Assembly (NCBI GenBank): GCA_965197905.1
Contig: CBDAOB010000005.1
Location: forward strand, 2,240,001 to 2,304,000
Length of the DNA: 64,000 bases
Source of the DNA: Candidatus Latescibacterota bacterium
GTDB lineage: Bacteria > Latescibacterota > UBA2968 > UBA8231
Direction of reading: 5' to 3'
The notes under the pieces are model-generated. The model searched no databases and was not told the origin of the DNA. It saw only the letters and a list, made by a program, of their open reading frames with translations. How positions within the stretch are numbered: the first letter of the stretch is position 1; each line of letters begins with the position of its first letter. The translations under genes were made by a program, and so were the position numbers. Positions 52,264 through 61,391 of this stretch are shown piece after piece.

Positions 52264-53319
52264 TCACGCCCAGCTGGAACGCAGCAGTTCGATCCAATTG
52301 CCGTGCATAATACCGGCGATCTCCTCCTCCGAATAGCCGCGCCGCTGCAGAATCGGAGACAACCGCTGTAGATCGGCGATGGTATCCATATCCGCCGGGG
52401 ATTGCTCTTTGCCGTATCCGCCATCCAGATCCGTTCCTATTGCGGCATGGTTGGCATTCCCGGTAACCTGGCAAACATGGTCGATATGGTCGGCCACGGT
52501 CTCCAGGGTGATCTGGCTGTTGTCCTGCGCGTCGGCATCCCACAGCGGTGACAACATCCAAATGTCCATGGCCGTGCCAATCACTCCGCCTCGCGCTGCC
52601 AGAGCGGCGATCTGCTTGTCGTCGATCTGCCGATCGTGATCGCATAACGCGCGGCAACCGTTGTGGGTTGCCAGCACCGCACCACCAAAGCTGTCCATTG
52701 CTTCCCAAAACGCCTGCTCCGCCAGGTGACTGGTGTCGAGAATCATGCCTCGCTCTTCGAGGGCGCGCAGCAGCGGGCGGCCGCGCTCGGTGAGACCGCC
52801 GGGGGCCTGGGTGCCGTGGGCGTAGGAACTGATTCCGTAGTGGACCAGGCTCACCACCCGCAGACCCTCCTCCCACCACTCGCCCACCTGATCGGGGGAG
52901 ACGATGCCATCGGCCCCCTCCATGGTGAGCACGAAACCGAGCGGGGTCGAATCCGCACTACTCTCCCAATCGGCGAGATGTTGGTCGAGCGATCCACGAT
53001 CGCGGACCTGCCGCAGAACGCCCTTCTTCTCCATCAAGCGGTAATAAGAAAGCTCTCCCATGCATTTGGCGTAGGCGATGTCCTGGGTGCGAGCCCCCGG
53101 GAATCTGCGCCCTACCGAGGCCAACCTGCAGTGCACGGTAACGAAGAACAGACCGAGCTCTCCCTTGCGGAGCTCGGGGAAACTGACCAGACCGCGACCG
53201 CGCCCCTGTTGGCCCATGCCCGCCTCCGATTCGCGGATCGCCGGAATCTCTTGCAGCAGATCCCGATTCCACTCCAGGGCGCCGTAGGCGATATCGAGGT
53301 GGGAATCGACTATTAGCAT
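52264..53319 (-). CDS. Membrane dipeptidase (M19 family)
   Basis: MLIVDSHLD, MEGAD, LDTSHL, ATHNG, HAAIGTDLDGG, GIMHGNW. Confidence 0.92.
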   Translation of the reverse strand: MLIVDSHLDIAYGALEWNRDLLQEIPAIRESEAGMGQQGRGRGLVSFPELRKGELGLFFVTVHCRLASVGRRFPGARTQDIAYAKCMGELSYYRLMEKKGVLRQVRDRGSLDQHLADWESSADSTPLGFVLTMEGADGIVSPDQVGEWWEEGLRVVSLVHYGISSYAHGTQAPGGLTERGRPLLRALEERGMILDTSHLAEQAFWEAMDSFGGAVLATHNGCRALCDHDRQIDDKQIAALAARGGVIGTAMDIWMLSPLWDADAQDNSQITLETVADHIDHVCQVTGNANHAAIGTDLDGGYGKEQSPADMDTIADLQRLSPILQRRGYSEEEIAGIMHGNWIELLRSSWA

Positions 53320-53327
53320 GGTTGGTA

Positions 53328-53690
53328 TTACTGCTGATTCCGGTCCGAAAGTCGCTCCGAAGATTCGGATTCTTCCTCCTCTGCGGGTCGGCGTTGCTTC
53401 ACAGGTTGCATCGGTTGCCTTTGCGGCCATGAGGCGGTAGAGTGGTCCTGCATCGCATCCGCCTCTACCAGGCGACCACGCCCATCAGCAGAGCACTGGC
53501 AAACCCACCCAGCGCTGGTGTACCACCACAGATCGGATGCTCCACAGGATGAACAGACCTGCTCCGGTAAGCCGACGTGGCTCTGCACCAATCCGCCGAA
53601 CCGCTGCCGTTCCTGTTCAGACAGGGACCATAGCAGCTCCTTCCGTTCCAGTTCTTCCCATTCCGCGGCTTCGCGAGATTTCTCTTGCAC
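53328..53690 (-). CDS. Hypothetical protein with a possible Zn ribbon
   Basis: CSSC...CQC; fills the gap between ku and the dipeptidase gene on the same strand. Confidence 0.4.
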   Translation of the reverse strand: MQEKSREAAEWEELERKELLWSLSEQERQRFGGLVQSHVGLPEQVCSSCGASDLWWYTSAGWVCQCSADGRGRLVEADAMQDHSTASWPQRQPMQPVKQRRPAEEEESESSERLSDRNQQ

Positions 53691-53722
53691 CTTCGATCTC
53701 CTGGATTCAGATCGAGCGCGAT

Positions 53723-54580
53723 TCAGGCGCTCTTCTTTTTTCGTTTGGGTGCGGCTTTCTTCTTCTTCGCGGCGGCCGGTTTCTTCTTGGCCCGCTCCAT
53801 CGGCTTGCGCGAGCCTTTCGCCTGCGAGATGCTCTCGCGCAGAGCGGTCATGATGTCGACCACGGGCTTTACTTCCTCAAGGACTGTAAGCACCTCTTTG
53901 CCCTCGACCTTGGCAGTAACCATATCCTTGACGGCCTGTTTATAGCGATCGGCAAGATCGAGATCGGCGATCGACGCAGACATGGAGTCGACCAGAGTAT
54001 TGGCCAACTCAACCTGTTCCGGTTCGGCCTCGGCTCCTCCCGTCTTGGGCACGTCTGCAATATTCCGCAACGTCGCCGGGTTGCGGAGTTTGTACATGAC
54101 CAGACCGTCATCCACGGTGCCCAGGATCACGATCTCCTCCCGATCGCGCAGGACCACCCGGCCGATCCCCAGTTTGTCCGCACTTGCCAACGTCTCCCGC
54201 AGCAGACCGTAGGTCTTGCCCGCCACATCCCCGTCTGGCCCCACGTAATAAGGAGTATCATACCACATGGGATGGATCTCCGACGCCTCCACGAACCCTT
54301 CCAGCTCGATCACCTTCGTGCTCTTAATCTTGATCTTGTCGAAATCGTCGTTTTCGAACACCACGTACTGATCGGGCTCGTACTCGTACCCCTTTACGAT
54401 ATCATCGTTGGGAACCGGATTTTCACATTTCTTGCATTTCTTGTCGTACCCTACCCGGCCGTTGCAATCGCGGTGCAGCTGATTGAACTGCACTGATTCT
54501 GCCGAATCTACCGCACTGAAGATGCGTATGGGGATAGTCACGAGAGAGAACTGAATATGACCTTTCCAAATAGATCGCAT
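53723..54580 (-). CDS. ku: Non-homologous end-joining protein Ku
   Basis: MRSIWKGHIQFSLVTIPI, FNQLH, IVKGYEY, VVDIMTALRESI and a basic tail. Confidence 0.95.
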   Translation of the reverse strand: MRSIWKGHIQFSLVTIPIRIFSAVDSAESVQFNQLHRDCNGRVGYDKKCKKCENPVPNDDIVKGYEYEPDQYVVFENDDFDKIKIKSTKVIELEGFVEASEIHPMWYDTPYYVGPDGDVAGKTYGLLRETLASADKLGIGRVVLRDREEIVILGTVDDGLVMYKLRNPATLRNIADVPKTGGAEAEPEQVELANTLVDSMSASIADLDLADRYKQAVKDMVTAKVEGKEVLTVLEEVKPVVDIMTALRESISQAKGSRKPMERAKKKPAAAKKKKAAPKRKKKSA

Positions 54581-54608
54581 GGTTAACTCCGCAGCGTGAT
54601 AGGTTTGG

Positions 54609-56912
54609 TCATTCTTGCAAGTCGGACAGATCGGGACGCAGTCGCTTCAACCGGGCGTTCCGCAGCAACCCCTTGGAGGTGCGAGCGCTGTATTCCACTT
54701 CGCAGATCAGTTTCGGTTCCAACCAGGTTGTGACCCGCTCGTCTGCCACTGTTGCTCTTATCGGCTTTTTCACCGCAATCAGCCCCTTAAATAGATCGGC
54801 CGCCTGGACCAATGTTGCATCCGAGAAACCGGATCCCACCTTGCCGATGTAGCGCAGAGCTCGACCACTCTTTTCCGCCAGATGCAGGGCCCCGATTCCC
54901 CCAGCCCGATCTCCCTTCCCGGCGGTAAACCCGACCACCAGGCAGTCGACCGATTGGCTGACCTTGATCTTGAGCCAATCACTGCTGCGGATACCGGGCC
55001 TGTAGGTGCTGTCGCGGCCCTTGGCCATGATGCCTTCAAGCCCCAAGCTGCCGGCTGCAGCGAAAAGCTCGTCGCCCTGTTCCTCGGCGAGGCTGAGCCG
55101 GAATCGGGAGTCGACGGGCACCGCGTCCGCCAGCAATTCCCGCCGCCGTTCCAGGGGCTCTCCGGTAAGGCAAACGCCGTCAAGATACAAACAATCGAAC
55201 AAATAGCAAAAGGCTTTATTTATATTGACCTTGCGACCACTATGCAACCTGCTGAGCACGGTTTCGAACTGCGGTCTGCCCGCGTCGTCCAGACAGACGA
55301 TTTCACCGTCGAATACCGCGGTCGACGCCTTAAACGCCTCGGCCTCATCGACCAGCTCCTGGAAGTGTTCTGTCATATTCTTTTGGTTGCGGCTGCGAAT
55401 GGTGAGTTCGCCGTCGTCCAGGCTGACCAAAGCCCTGAGGCCATCCCACTTTACCTCGAAAAGATAGTTCGCATCCGACGGTGGATGTGCGACACTTTCC
55501 GCCATCATCGGCTCCAGCGGATCGCGGGTCCAATCGATCTGCGGCTCGTCGATCCGCTCCAGAAGCCAATCCTTGCCCCGGGTGTTGATGAGCCGGAACT
55601 CGGCATCCAAACCCTTGCTGGCAACCCGGATGTAGATCGAGTCCTTCTTGTCTTTGGTTACCTCGTATTTGCCTCGGGCGAGAATCCACATCGGCCCGGC
55701 GCCATACTCCCCTTTTGGAATCCGCCCTTCGAAATCGGCGTATTCGAGCGGATGATCCTCCACCTTGACGGCCAGGCGTTTGATCCCCGGACGCGGCGGC
55801 ATCCCTCTGGGTACCGCGAAGGACCAGAGCACGCCATCCCGTTCAAGGCGCAAGTCGCAGTGCACATTGCGCGCATGGTGCCGATGAACGACAAAATCGT
55901 TTTTCCAGGTTTTGGAGGCTTTTCCCGCCGGTTCGGGGGTTTTCGCGAACCGCCGTTTTCCCTCGTACTCGATAAGCTGTTTGGCGGTTTTCGATTTGCC
56001 GGCGGACCGCACCTTTTTCTTTCCCGCAACCTGGGTCGGACGTTCGGTGTGCAAGCCCGTGGCATACGCCTCTAGGCCTTCCCAGGCATCCCCATCCCGC
56101 CGCAGCAAGTCGGGAACCTTTTGAATGTTCAATACCAACTGATCCTCGATCTCGTCGAGCCCACTCCACGGCAGCGGATACGAAACGGCTGCGCTCTCAT
56201 TGGCTCGAAGGCTGTACGGCGCCACGATCGTCTGTCCCGGTCGATTTCGGTAGATGTCCACCAGAACCTTCTCCACCCTCGCCGCTTTGGTGATTCTCAG
56301 GGTCGTTGTGGAGCCGTTCTCGGCGACAAACCTCCTGGCGAGATCTTGGGCGGCGGCGAAGACCCGGTCGCTGCCGAAGCTCCTCTCGAGGGGAGCGACG
56401 AGGTGCAGCCCCTTGCTGCCGGTAGATTTCGCGAACAGGTGATAGCCGTGATTCTCCACCAGAATCTTGAGTGCCAAAGCGAGCTCGACCACCGCCGCGA
56501 AGGGCGTGCCGACGGGGGGGTCGAGGTCGAAAACCATATAGTCCGACAGTTCGAGGTCTGGCCGACGAACCGGAAGCTGATGGATCTCCAAACACGCCTG
56601 GCTGGCCAGCCAGACCAACGTGGCGGCATCGTTGCAGATCACCTGATCCGTCTTGGAGACCAAACAGTGTTCTACCCATTTGGGTGCGGTAGCCGGTATG
56701 TTCTTTTGGAAAAAGCTTTTCTCCTGGACTCCTTCGGGGAAACGGACGAGGGTCAGCGGTCGATTCCTGATATGTCGCAGGATTGTCGGTGCAATATTGA
56801 GGTAGTATTCTATGACCTCGGCTTTGAGAATCTGCAACTCGGGGAAGAGAACCTTGTCCAGATTCGTCAGTTCCAGCTGTTGCTTGCCGACTTGCGTGAG
56901 TTTGGATTTCAA
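54609..56912 (-). CDS. ligD: DNA ligase D (polymerase-phosphoesterase-ligase order)
   Basis: LTNLDKVLFP, FDLDP, STGSKGLH (Pol); FVVHRHHAR..HCDLRLE...EDHPLEY (PE); EVKWDG, DGE, EGIMAK, WLKIK (ligase). Confidence 0.95.
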   Translation of the reverse strand: MKSKLTQVGKQQLELTNLDKVLFPELQILKAEVIEYYLNIAPTILRHIRNRPLTLVRFPEGVQEKSFFQKNIPATAPKWVEHCLVSKTDQVICNDAATLVWLASQACLEIHQLPVRRPDLELSDYMVFDLDPPVGTPFAAVVELALALKILVENHGYHLFAKSTGSKGLHLVAPLERSFGSDRVFAAAQDLARRFVAENGSTTTLRITKAARVEKVLVDIYRNRPGQTIVAPYSLRANESAAVSYPLPWSGLDEIEDQLVLNIQKVPDLLRRDGDAWEGLEAYATGLHTERPTQVAGKKKVRSAGKSKTAKQLIEYEGKRRFAKTPEPAGKASKTWKNDFVVHRHHARNVHCDLRLERDGVLWSFAVPRGMPPRPGIKRLAVKVEDHPLEYADFEGRIPKGEYGAGPMWILARGKYEVTKDKKDSIYIRVASKGLDAEFRLINTRGKDWLLERIDEPQIDWTRDPLEPMMAESVAHPPSDANYLFEVKWDGLRALVSLDDGELTIRSRNQKNMTEHFQELVDEAEAFKASTAVFDGEIVCLDDAGRPQFETVLSRLHSGRKVNINKAFCYLFDCLYLDGVCLTGEPLERRRELLADAVPVDSRFRLSLAEEQGDELFAAAGSLGLEGIMAKGRDSTYRPGIRSSDWLKIKVSQSVDCLVVGFTAGKGDRAGGIGALHLAEKSGRALRYIGKVGSGFSDATLVQAADLFKGLIAVKKPIRATVADERVTTWLEPKLICEVEYSARTSKGLLRNARLKRLRPDLSDLQE

Positions 56913-56975
56913 AGCTGACCTTCGCTAGTGAGCTATTGGGAGCAATCATAATGAAAATGGCCCTCAGGGTTCAAC

Positions 56976-57656
56976 ATGCAAACTGCGCCCACTGAAACCG
57001 AAGGTCGGTTCGTCGCCACCCCGGAAAAGGGTGAAGTTTCCTTTCTGCTGCTGGAACCGCCACAGGCAACCTGGTGTCTGATTCTCGGTCACGGGGCCAG
57101 TAGCCATTTTCGCCATCGCACTGTAACATCCGTTGCGTCCGCTCTCGCCCAAGTAGGCATTGCCAGTTTTCGCTACAATTTTCCCTACTCCGAGAGCGGT
57201 AGCGGGAGAAATTCGAACGAGGTCTGCATAGCGACGATCCGGTCTGCGGCGAAAGCTGCCCACGCCGCCGTCCCCAAGCTCTCACTGCTCGCTGGGGGGC
57301 ACTCCTTCAGTGGACGCATGACCTCCATGGGCGCCGCGGAAACGTCCCTTCCCAACGTTCGCGGACTGGTGTTCTATTCGTTCCCCTTGCATCCCGCGGG
57401 GAAACCAGGTACGGAACGCGCCGAGCATCTATCCAAGGTCGGACATCCGATGTTGTTCTTGAGCGGAACCCGCGATGCCCTCGCCGATCTCGAACTGCTT
57501 GAGCCTGTCTGTTCGGACCTGGGAGATCGCGCCCAGCTGCACCTGCTAGATACGGCCGATCACAGCTTCAAGGTCCTCAAACGCTCGCGCCGAACCACCG
57601 AGGACGTCTACGAGGAAATGGCCCGGATCGCCCTACAGTGGACAGAAACGATTTGA
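56976..57656 (+). CDS. Alpha/beta hydrolase family protein
   Basis: GHGA, GGHSFSGR nucleophile elbow, FPLHPAGKP, GTRD, ADHSF. Confidence 0.85.
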   Translation: MQTAPTETEGRFVATPEKGEVSFLLLEPPQATWCLILGHGASSHFRHRTVTSVASALAQVGIASFRYNFPYSESGSGRNSNEVCIATIRSAAKAAHAAVPKLSLLAGGHSFSGRMTSMGAAETSLPNVRGLVFYSFPLHPAGKPGTERAEHLSKVGHPMLFLSGTRDALADLELLEPVCSDLGDRAQLHLLDTADHSFKVLKRSRRTTEDVYEEMARIALQWTETI

Positions 57657-57774
57657 AAACCGACCGCGGTCTCACCTCCACCATTGACGAGATCTCCGCG
57701 GCAAACAATAGTATCGACTGGCAGCCGATACCCCGGGCGTTGTCGTTGCCTAACAACTCTTCTAAGGGAAAACC

Positions 57775-58533
57775 ATGCTGAAAGATCCGTTTAGTCTGGC
57801 AGGCCAGATTGCACTCATCACCGGCGGCGGGACCGGCCTTGGATTGGGAATGGCCAAGGCGTTCGCAGCGCAGGGCGCCAAGGTGATCCTTGCCGGCAGG
57901 CGAGAAGAGGTCTTGCAGAAAGCGGTAAAAGAGATCGGCGAAGCCGCCGATTACCGGGTTCACGATGTGGTCGACTTTGCCAAATCCGGCACTCTAATCG
58001 AATCGGTGGAAGAGCAGCACGGCTCCCTTACCACGCTGATCAACAATGCCGGCATCGGCATTCGCAAAGCGACTGAAGAGGTAGAGGAAGAGGAGTTCAT
58101 GGAGGTTTTGAACGTCCATGTTATGGGGGCCTTCTCTCTGTCGAAGTGGGCCGCGAGAAGTATGCTTAAATCGGGCGGCGGCAGCATCTTGTTCACCGCT
58201 TCCATGACCTCCTATTTCAGCGTACCGGCTGTGACCTCTTACGCCGCGGCCAAGTCGGCCTACCTGGGCATGGTGCGCAACATGGCCGATGAATGGGCGG
58301 ACAGAGGAATCCGGGTAAATGCCATCGCGCCGGGCTGGATCGAAACCGATCTGAGCCGGCCGACCATCAAAGATCCGGTGAAGAGCGCCAAGATATTGGG
58401 AAGAACTCCCATGGCGCGCTTCGGGGAAGCGGAGGATATTGGCTGGGCGGCGGTCTACCTTGCGTCACCCGCGGCGAAGTTCGTGACGGGTGTCTGTCTA
58501 CCTGTGGACGGCGGAGTTTTGATCGGTCTGTAA
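57775..58533 (+). CDS. SDR oxidoreductase (gluconate 5-dehydrogenase-like)
   Basis: ITGGGTGLG, NNAG, YAAAK, RVNAIAPGWI, LPVDGG. Confidence 0.88.
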   Translation: MLKDPFSLAGQIALITGGGTGLGLGMAKAFAAQGAKVILAGRREEVLQKAVKEIGEAADYRVHDVVDFAKSGTLIESVEEQHGSLTTLINNAGIGIRKATEEVEEEEFMEVLNVHVMGAFSLSKWAARSMLKSGGGSILFTASMTSYFSVPAVTSYAAAKSAYLGMVRNMADEWADRGIRVNAIAPGWIETDLSRPTIKDPVKSAKILGRTPMARFGEAEDIGWAAVYLASPAAKFVTGVCLPVDGGVLIGL

Positions 58534-58562
58534 TCGGCTGCAAACGGGAGAGACATTTCTTC

Positions 58563-60392
58563 ATGCTGGAAATCCTTGCCATCGTCGTCGGCGTAACCAT
58601 CCTGCTGTTCCTGATAACCCTGGCACGTGCGCCCGACAGCGACGACGCGCTCTGCTACGACACAAGCGACGGAACCCGTGATCCTCACAAGTGGGGCTAC
58701 ACCGACACTCGCTTCGAGTTCGACGGCCCGCGTGCCGTCCGGGTGACGGGAGACCGCTATCCCATGGCCGGCTACAGCATGCCATATTTCGTCGACTTTG
58801 CCGAGGAGGTTCTAGGAATACCGATCCGGGCCGAGGATGCAGTCGCCGAAGCAGTGCCCGAAGCTGCGCCAGCTCCGGTCTTGAATGAGCCTTTTCTGGA
58901 GGGGTTGCGCGAGGCGCTCGATGCAGACCAGATCTCCCAGGAGGCCTCTGACCGGCTGGTGCACAGCCATGGCCAGCTCAGCGTCGACGAGGTGTATCGT
59001 CTATTGCACGGCAAGTCGCTGGAGCGCATCGTCGATATCGTCCTCTATCCCCGGAAGGAAGAAGAGGTGACCTCGATAATCCAGCTGGCAAACCTGCACG
59101 GCGCCTGCCTAGTGCCGTTTGGCGGCGGCACCAATGTCAGCGGTGCCGTGGCCTGCACCTCAACCGAACAGCGCTGTATAGCATCCGTCGATATGCGCCG
59201 TATGAAACGTATCCTGTGGCTTGACGAGGAGAATCTGCAGGCCTGTGTTGAAGCGGGGATTTCGGGCAAGGAGCTGGAACGGGAGCTGGACGTAAGGGGG
59301 TATACTTCCGGCCACGATCCCGACAGCATCGAGCTATCGACGCTGGGCGGGTGGATCTCCACCAACGCCAGTGGCATGAAGAAGAACAAGTATGGAAACA
59401 TAGAGGATATCGTTCTCGAGGCGACGCTGATCACTCCTACGGGCGAGGTCGAGGCACGGCGCGCAACCCCGCGCAATTCCGTAGGGGTGCCGCCGCGGGT
59501 CTTCCTCTTCGGCAGCGAGGGCAACTTGGGCATCATCACCAAAGCGATCATCAAAGTCCATCCGCGACCTGAGGTGCGGCGTTACGGATCGCTAGTTTTC
59601 CCGTCGCTTCAGCACGGGGTTCGTTTCCTCAAGGAGATGCGTCGGGTGGGGGCAGTGCCGGCCAGTATTCGCCTGGTGAGCAACGTGGAATTTCGTTTCG
59701 GCCAGGCATTGAAACCGGCGCCCGGTTTCCTCAAAGGCATCGCCGCTTCGGTGCAGAAGCTGTTCCTGTTCAGGATCCTGCGCTACAAACCTCTGGAGAT
59801 AACCGCGAGCACGATCGTCATGGAGGGCACCGAGCGCGAGGTGGAGCATCAGTCGGAGACCTTGTTCTCCACTGCCAAGAGATTCAAAGGGGTCAGCGGG
59901 GGCGCCGGCAACGGGCGTCGGGGGTATATGCTGACCTTCGGCATCGCCTACATACGAGACTTCCTCAGCCAGTTCCAGATTCTCGGTGAAACCTTCGAGA
60001 CCTCGGTCCCCTGGGACCGGATCGAGACCGTTTGCGAGGCGGTGCAAAGCGAGCTGATTTCCCAGTGTCGATCCTACGACGTGCCGGGAAAACCGTATCT
60101 CGCATACCGGTTAACCCAAACCTATCATACCGGAGTGTGCATCTACTTTACCATGGGGTTTTGCGGTAAGGGACTGGAGAATCCGGAAGAGGTCTACCAC
60201 AACATCGAGCGTGCCCTGCGGCAGGTGATTCTGGACAACGGCGGCTCTCTCTCCCACCACCACGGCATCGGCAAGATTCGCCGCAACTTCCTGCCGCAGA
60301 TTCAAACGGAAAACAGCACCCGCGTGCTGCGCGACATCAAGAGCTCGATGGATCCCAACAATGTCTTCGCCGTTGGCAACGGCCCCTTCTAG
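58563..60392 (+). CDS. Alkyl-dihydroxyacetonephosphate synthase (AGPS)-like FAD enzyme with an N-terminal membrane anchor
   Basis: WGYTDTRF, PFGGGTNV, GHDPDSIELSTLGGWISTNASGMKKNKYGNIED, GSEGNLGIIT, PASIRL, GYMLTFGIAYIRD, ETFETSVPWD, TQTYHTGVCIYF, SHHHGIGK. Confidence 0.88.
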   Translation: MLEILAIVVGVTILLFLITLARAPDSDDALCYDTSDGTRDPHKWGYTDTRFEFDGPRAVRVTGDRYPMAGYSMPYFVDFAEEVLGIPIRAEDAVAEAVPEAAPAPVLNEPFLEGLREALDADQISQEASDRLVHSHGQLSVDEVYRLLHGKSLERIVDIVLYPRKEEEVTSIIQLANLHGACLVPFGGGTNVSGAVACTSTEQRCIASVDMRRMKRILWLDEENLQACVEAGISGKELERELDVRGYTSGHDPDSIELSTLGGWISTNASGMKKNKYGNIEDIVLEATLITPTGEVEARRATPRNSVGVPPRVFLFGSEGNLGIITKAIIKVHPRPEVRRYGSLVFPSLQHGVRFLKEMRRVGAVPASIRLVSNVEFRFGQALKPAPGFLKGIAASVQKLFLFRILRYKPLEITASTIVMEGTEREVEHQSETLFSTAKRFKGVSGGAGNGRRGYMLTFGIAYIRDFLSQFQILGETFETSVPWDRIETVCEAVQSELISQCRSYDVPGKPYLAYRLTQTYHTGVCIYFTMGFCGKGLENPEEVYHNIERALRQVILDNGGSLSHHHGIGKIRRNFLPQIQTENSTRVLRDIKSSMDPNNVFAVGNGPF

Positions 60393-60400
60393 CCCCGGCC

Positions 60401-61207
60401 ATGTTCCGCGACAAGGTAGTGATCGTGACGGGGGCTTCCTCTGGACTGGGCGCAACGTTGGCGACCGAGTTCGCTGCCACCGGCGCCAAGGTTGCGCTGT
60501 TTTCACCGGAGGAAGAGAAGCAAGCGGAGGTGGCGCGGCAATGTGAAACGGCGGGTGGCAAAGCGTTGTCGGTGGTGGGCGACGTAACCCTGGAGCGTGA
60601 CTGCAAGATCCTGGTCGAGGAGACGCTGAGCTCCTTCGGTGGGATCGATTACCTCATTGCCAACGCCGGCATCAGCATGTGGGCGCCCTTCGCCGATGTG
60701 GACGATCTTCAGGTCTTTCGAAAGCTGGTCGAGGTGAACTATCTGGGCGCCGTGAACTGCATTCACTACGCCCTGCCCCATCTGATTGCCAGCAAGGGCA
60801 TGGTGGTCGCTATTACCTCGATCCAGGGTAAGATCGGGGTTCCTCTTCACACCGGATACGTCGGCTCCAAACACGCCCTTCAAGGCTTCTGCGAGTCGTT
60901 GCGTATGGAGCTTGCCGGCACCGGCATGGGCGTCCTCACGGTGCTGCCACACTGGTTGCGCGGTACCGATCTGAGAAAGAACGCCTTTGGCAAGGACGGC
61001 CGCGCCCTCGGCACCTCCTCCCGGCGCCACAGCAGCGAGTCGATATCCCTTGAAGTGGCGGCTCGCGCAATCATGAAGGCGACCCACAAACGCAAACGCA
61101 CTCTGGTTATTCCCTGGAAGCTGCGGTTGCTGCTGGCCCTCAACCTGTTCAATCCGGGGTTGGCCGAGTCGCTGATCACCGGTGCGGTGAAACACCAGGA
61201 TGACTAG
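60401..61207 (+). CDS. SDR oxidoreductase, DHRS7/DHRS7B-like
   Basis: VTGASSGLG, NAGIS, VNYLG, AITSIQGKIGVP.HTGYVGSKHALQGFCESLR; starts 8 bp after the AGPS stop. Confidence 0.85.
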   Translation: MFRDKVVIVTGASSGLGATLATEFAATGAKVALFSPEEEKQAEVARQCETAGGKALSVVGDVTLERDCKILVEETLSSFGGIDYLIANAGISMWAPFADVDDLQVFRKLVEVNYLGAVNCIHYALPHLIASKGMVVAITSIQGKIGVPLHTGYVGSKHALQGFCESLRMELAGTGMGVLTVLPHWLRGTDLRKNAFGKDGRALGTSSRRHSSESISLEVAARAIMKATHKRKRTLVIPWKLRLLLALNLFNPGLAESLITGAVKHQDD

Positions 61208-61391
61208 GTCAGGTGAAAACGAGCGGCCCAGAGTGGTTTCCCTCCCGTTTTCACTATAACCTACCATCCAGTCGCCACGCACGGCTGTTCCCGACCCGAG
61301 CTGACCTGGAACTCCGTGGCAATCCGCGGCGTTTCTCGTTCTGACCTGTTAGGCAAGGTTCGGAACAACATCTTGAGTTGCAGATCGAGGA

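Noticed and set aside
57775..58533. Upstream SDR as the fatty-alcohol-supplying enzyme for AGPS
   Set aside because: It looks like a gluconate/2-keto-sugar dehydrogenase-type SDR with no fatty acyl-CoA reductase features; proximity alone is not enough.
58293..58562. N-terminal extension of the AGPS ORF in the ORF track
   Set aside because: It overlaps the upstream SDR in another frame; ATG 58563 with an upstream GGAG gives a coherent protein.
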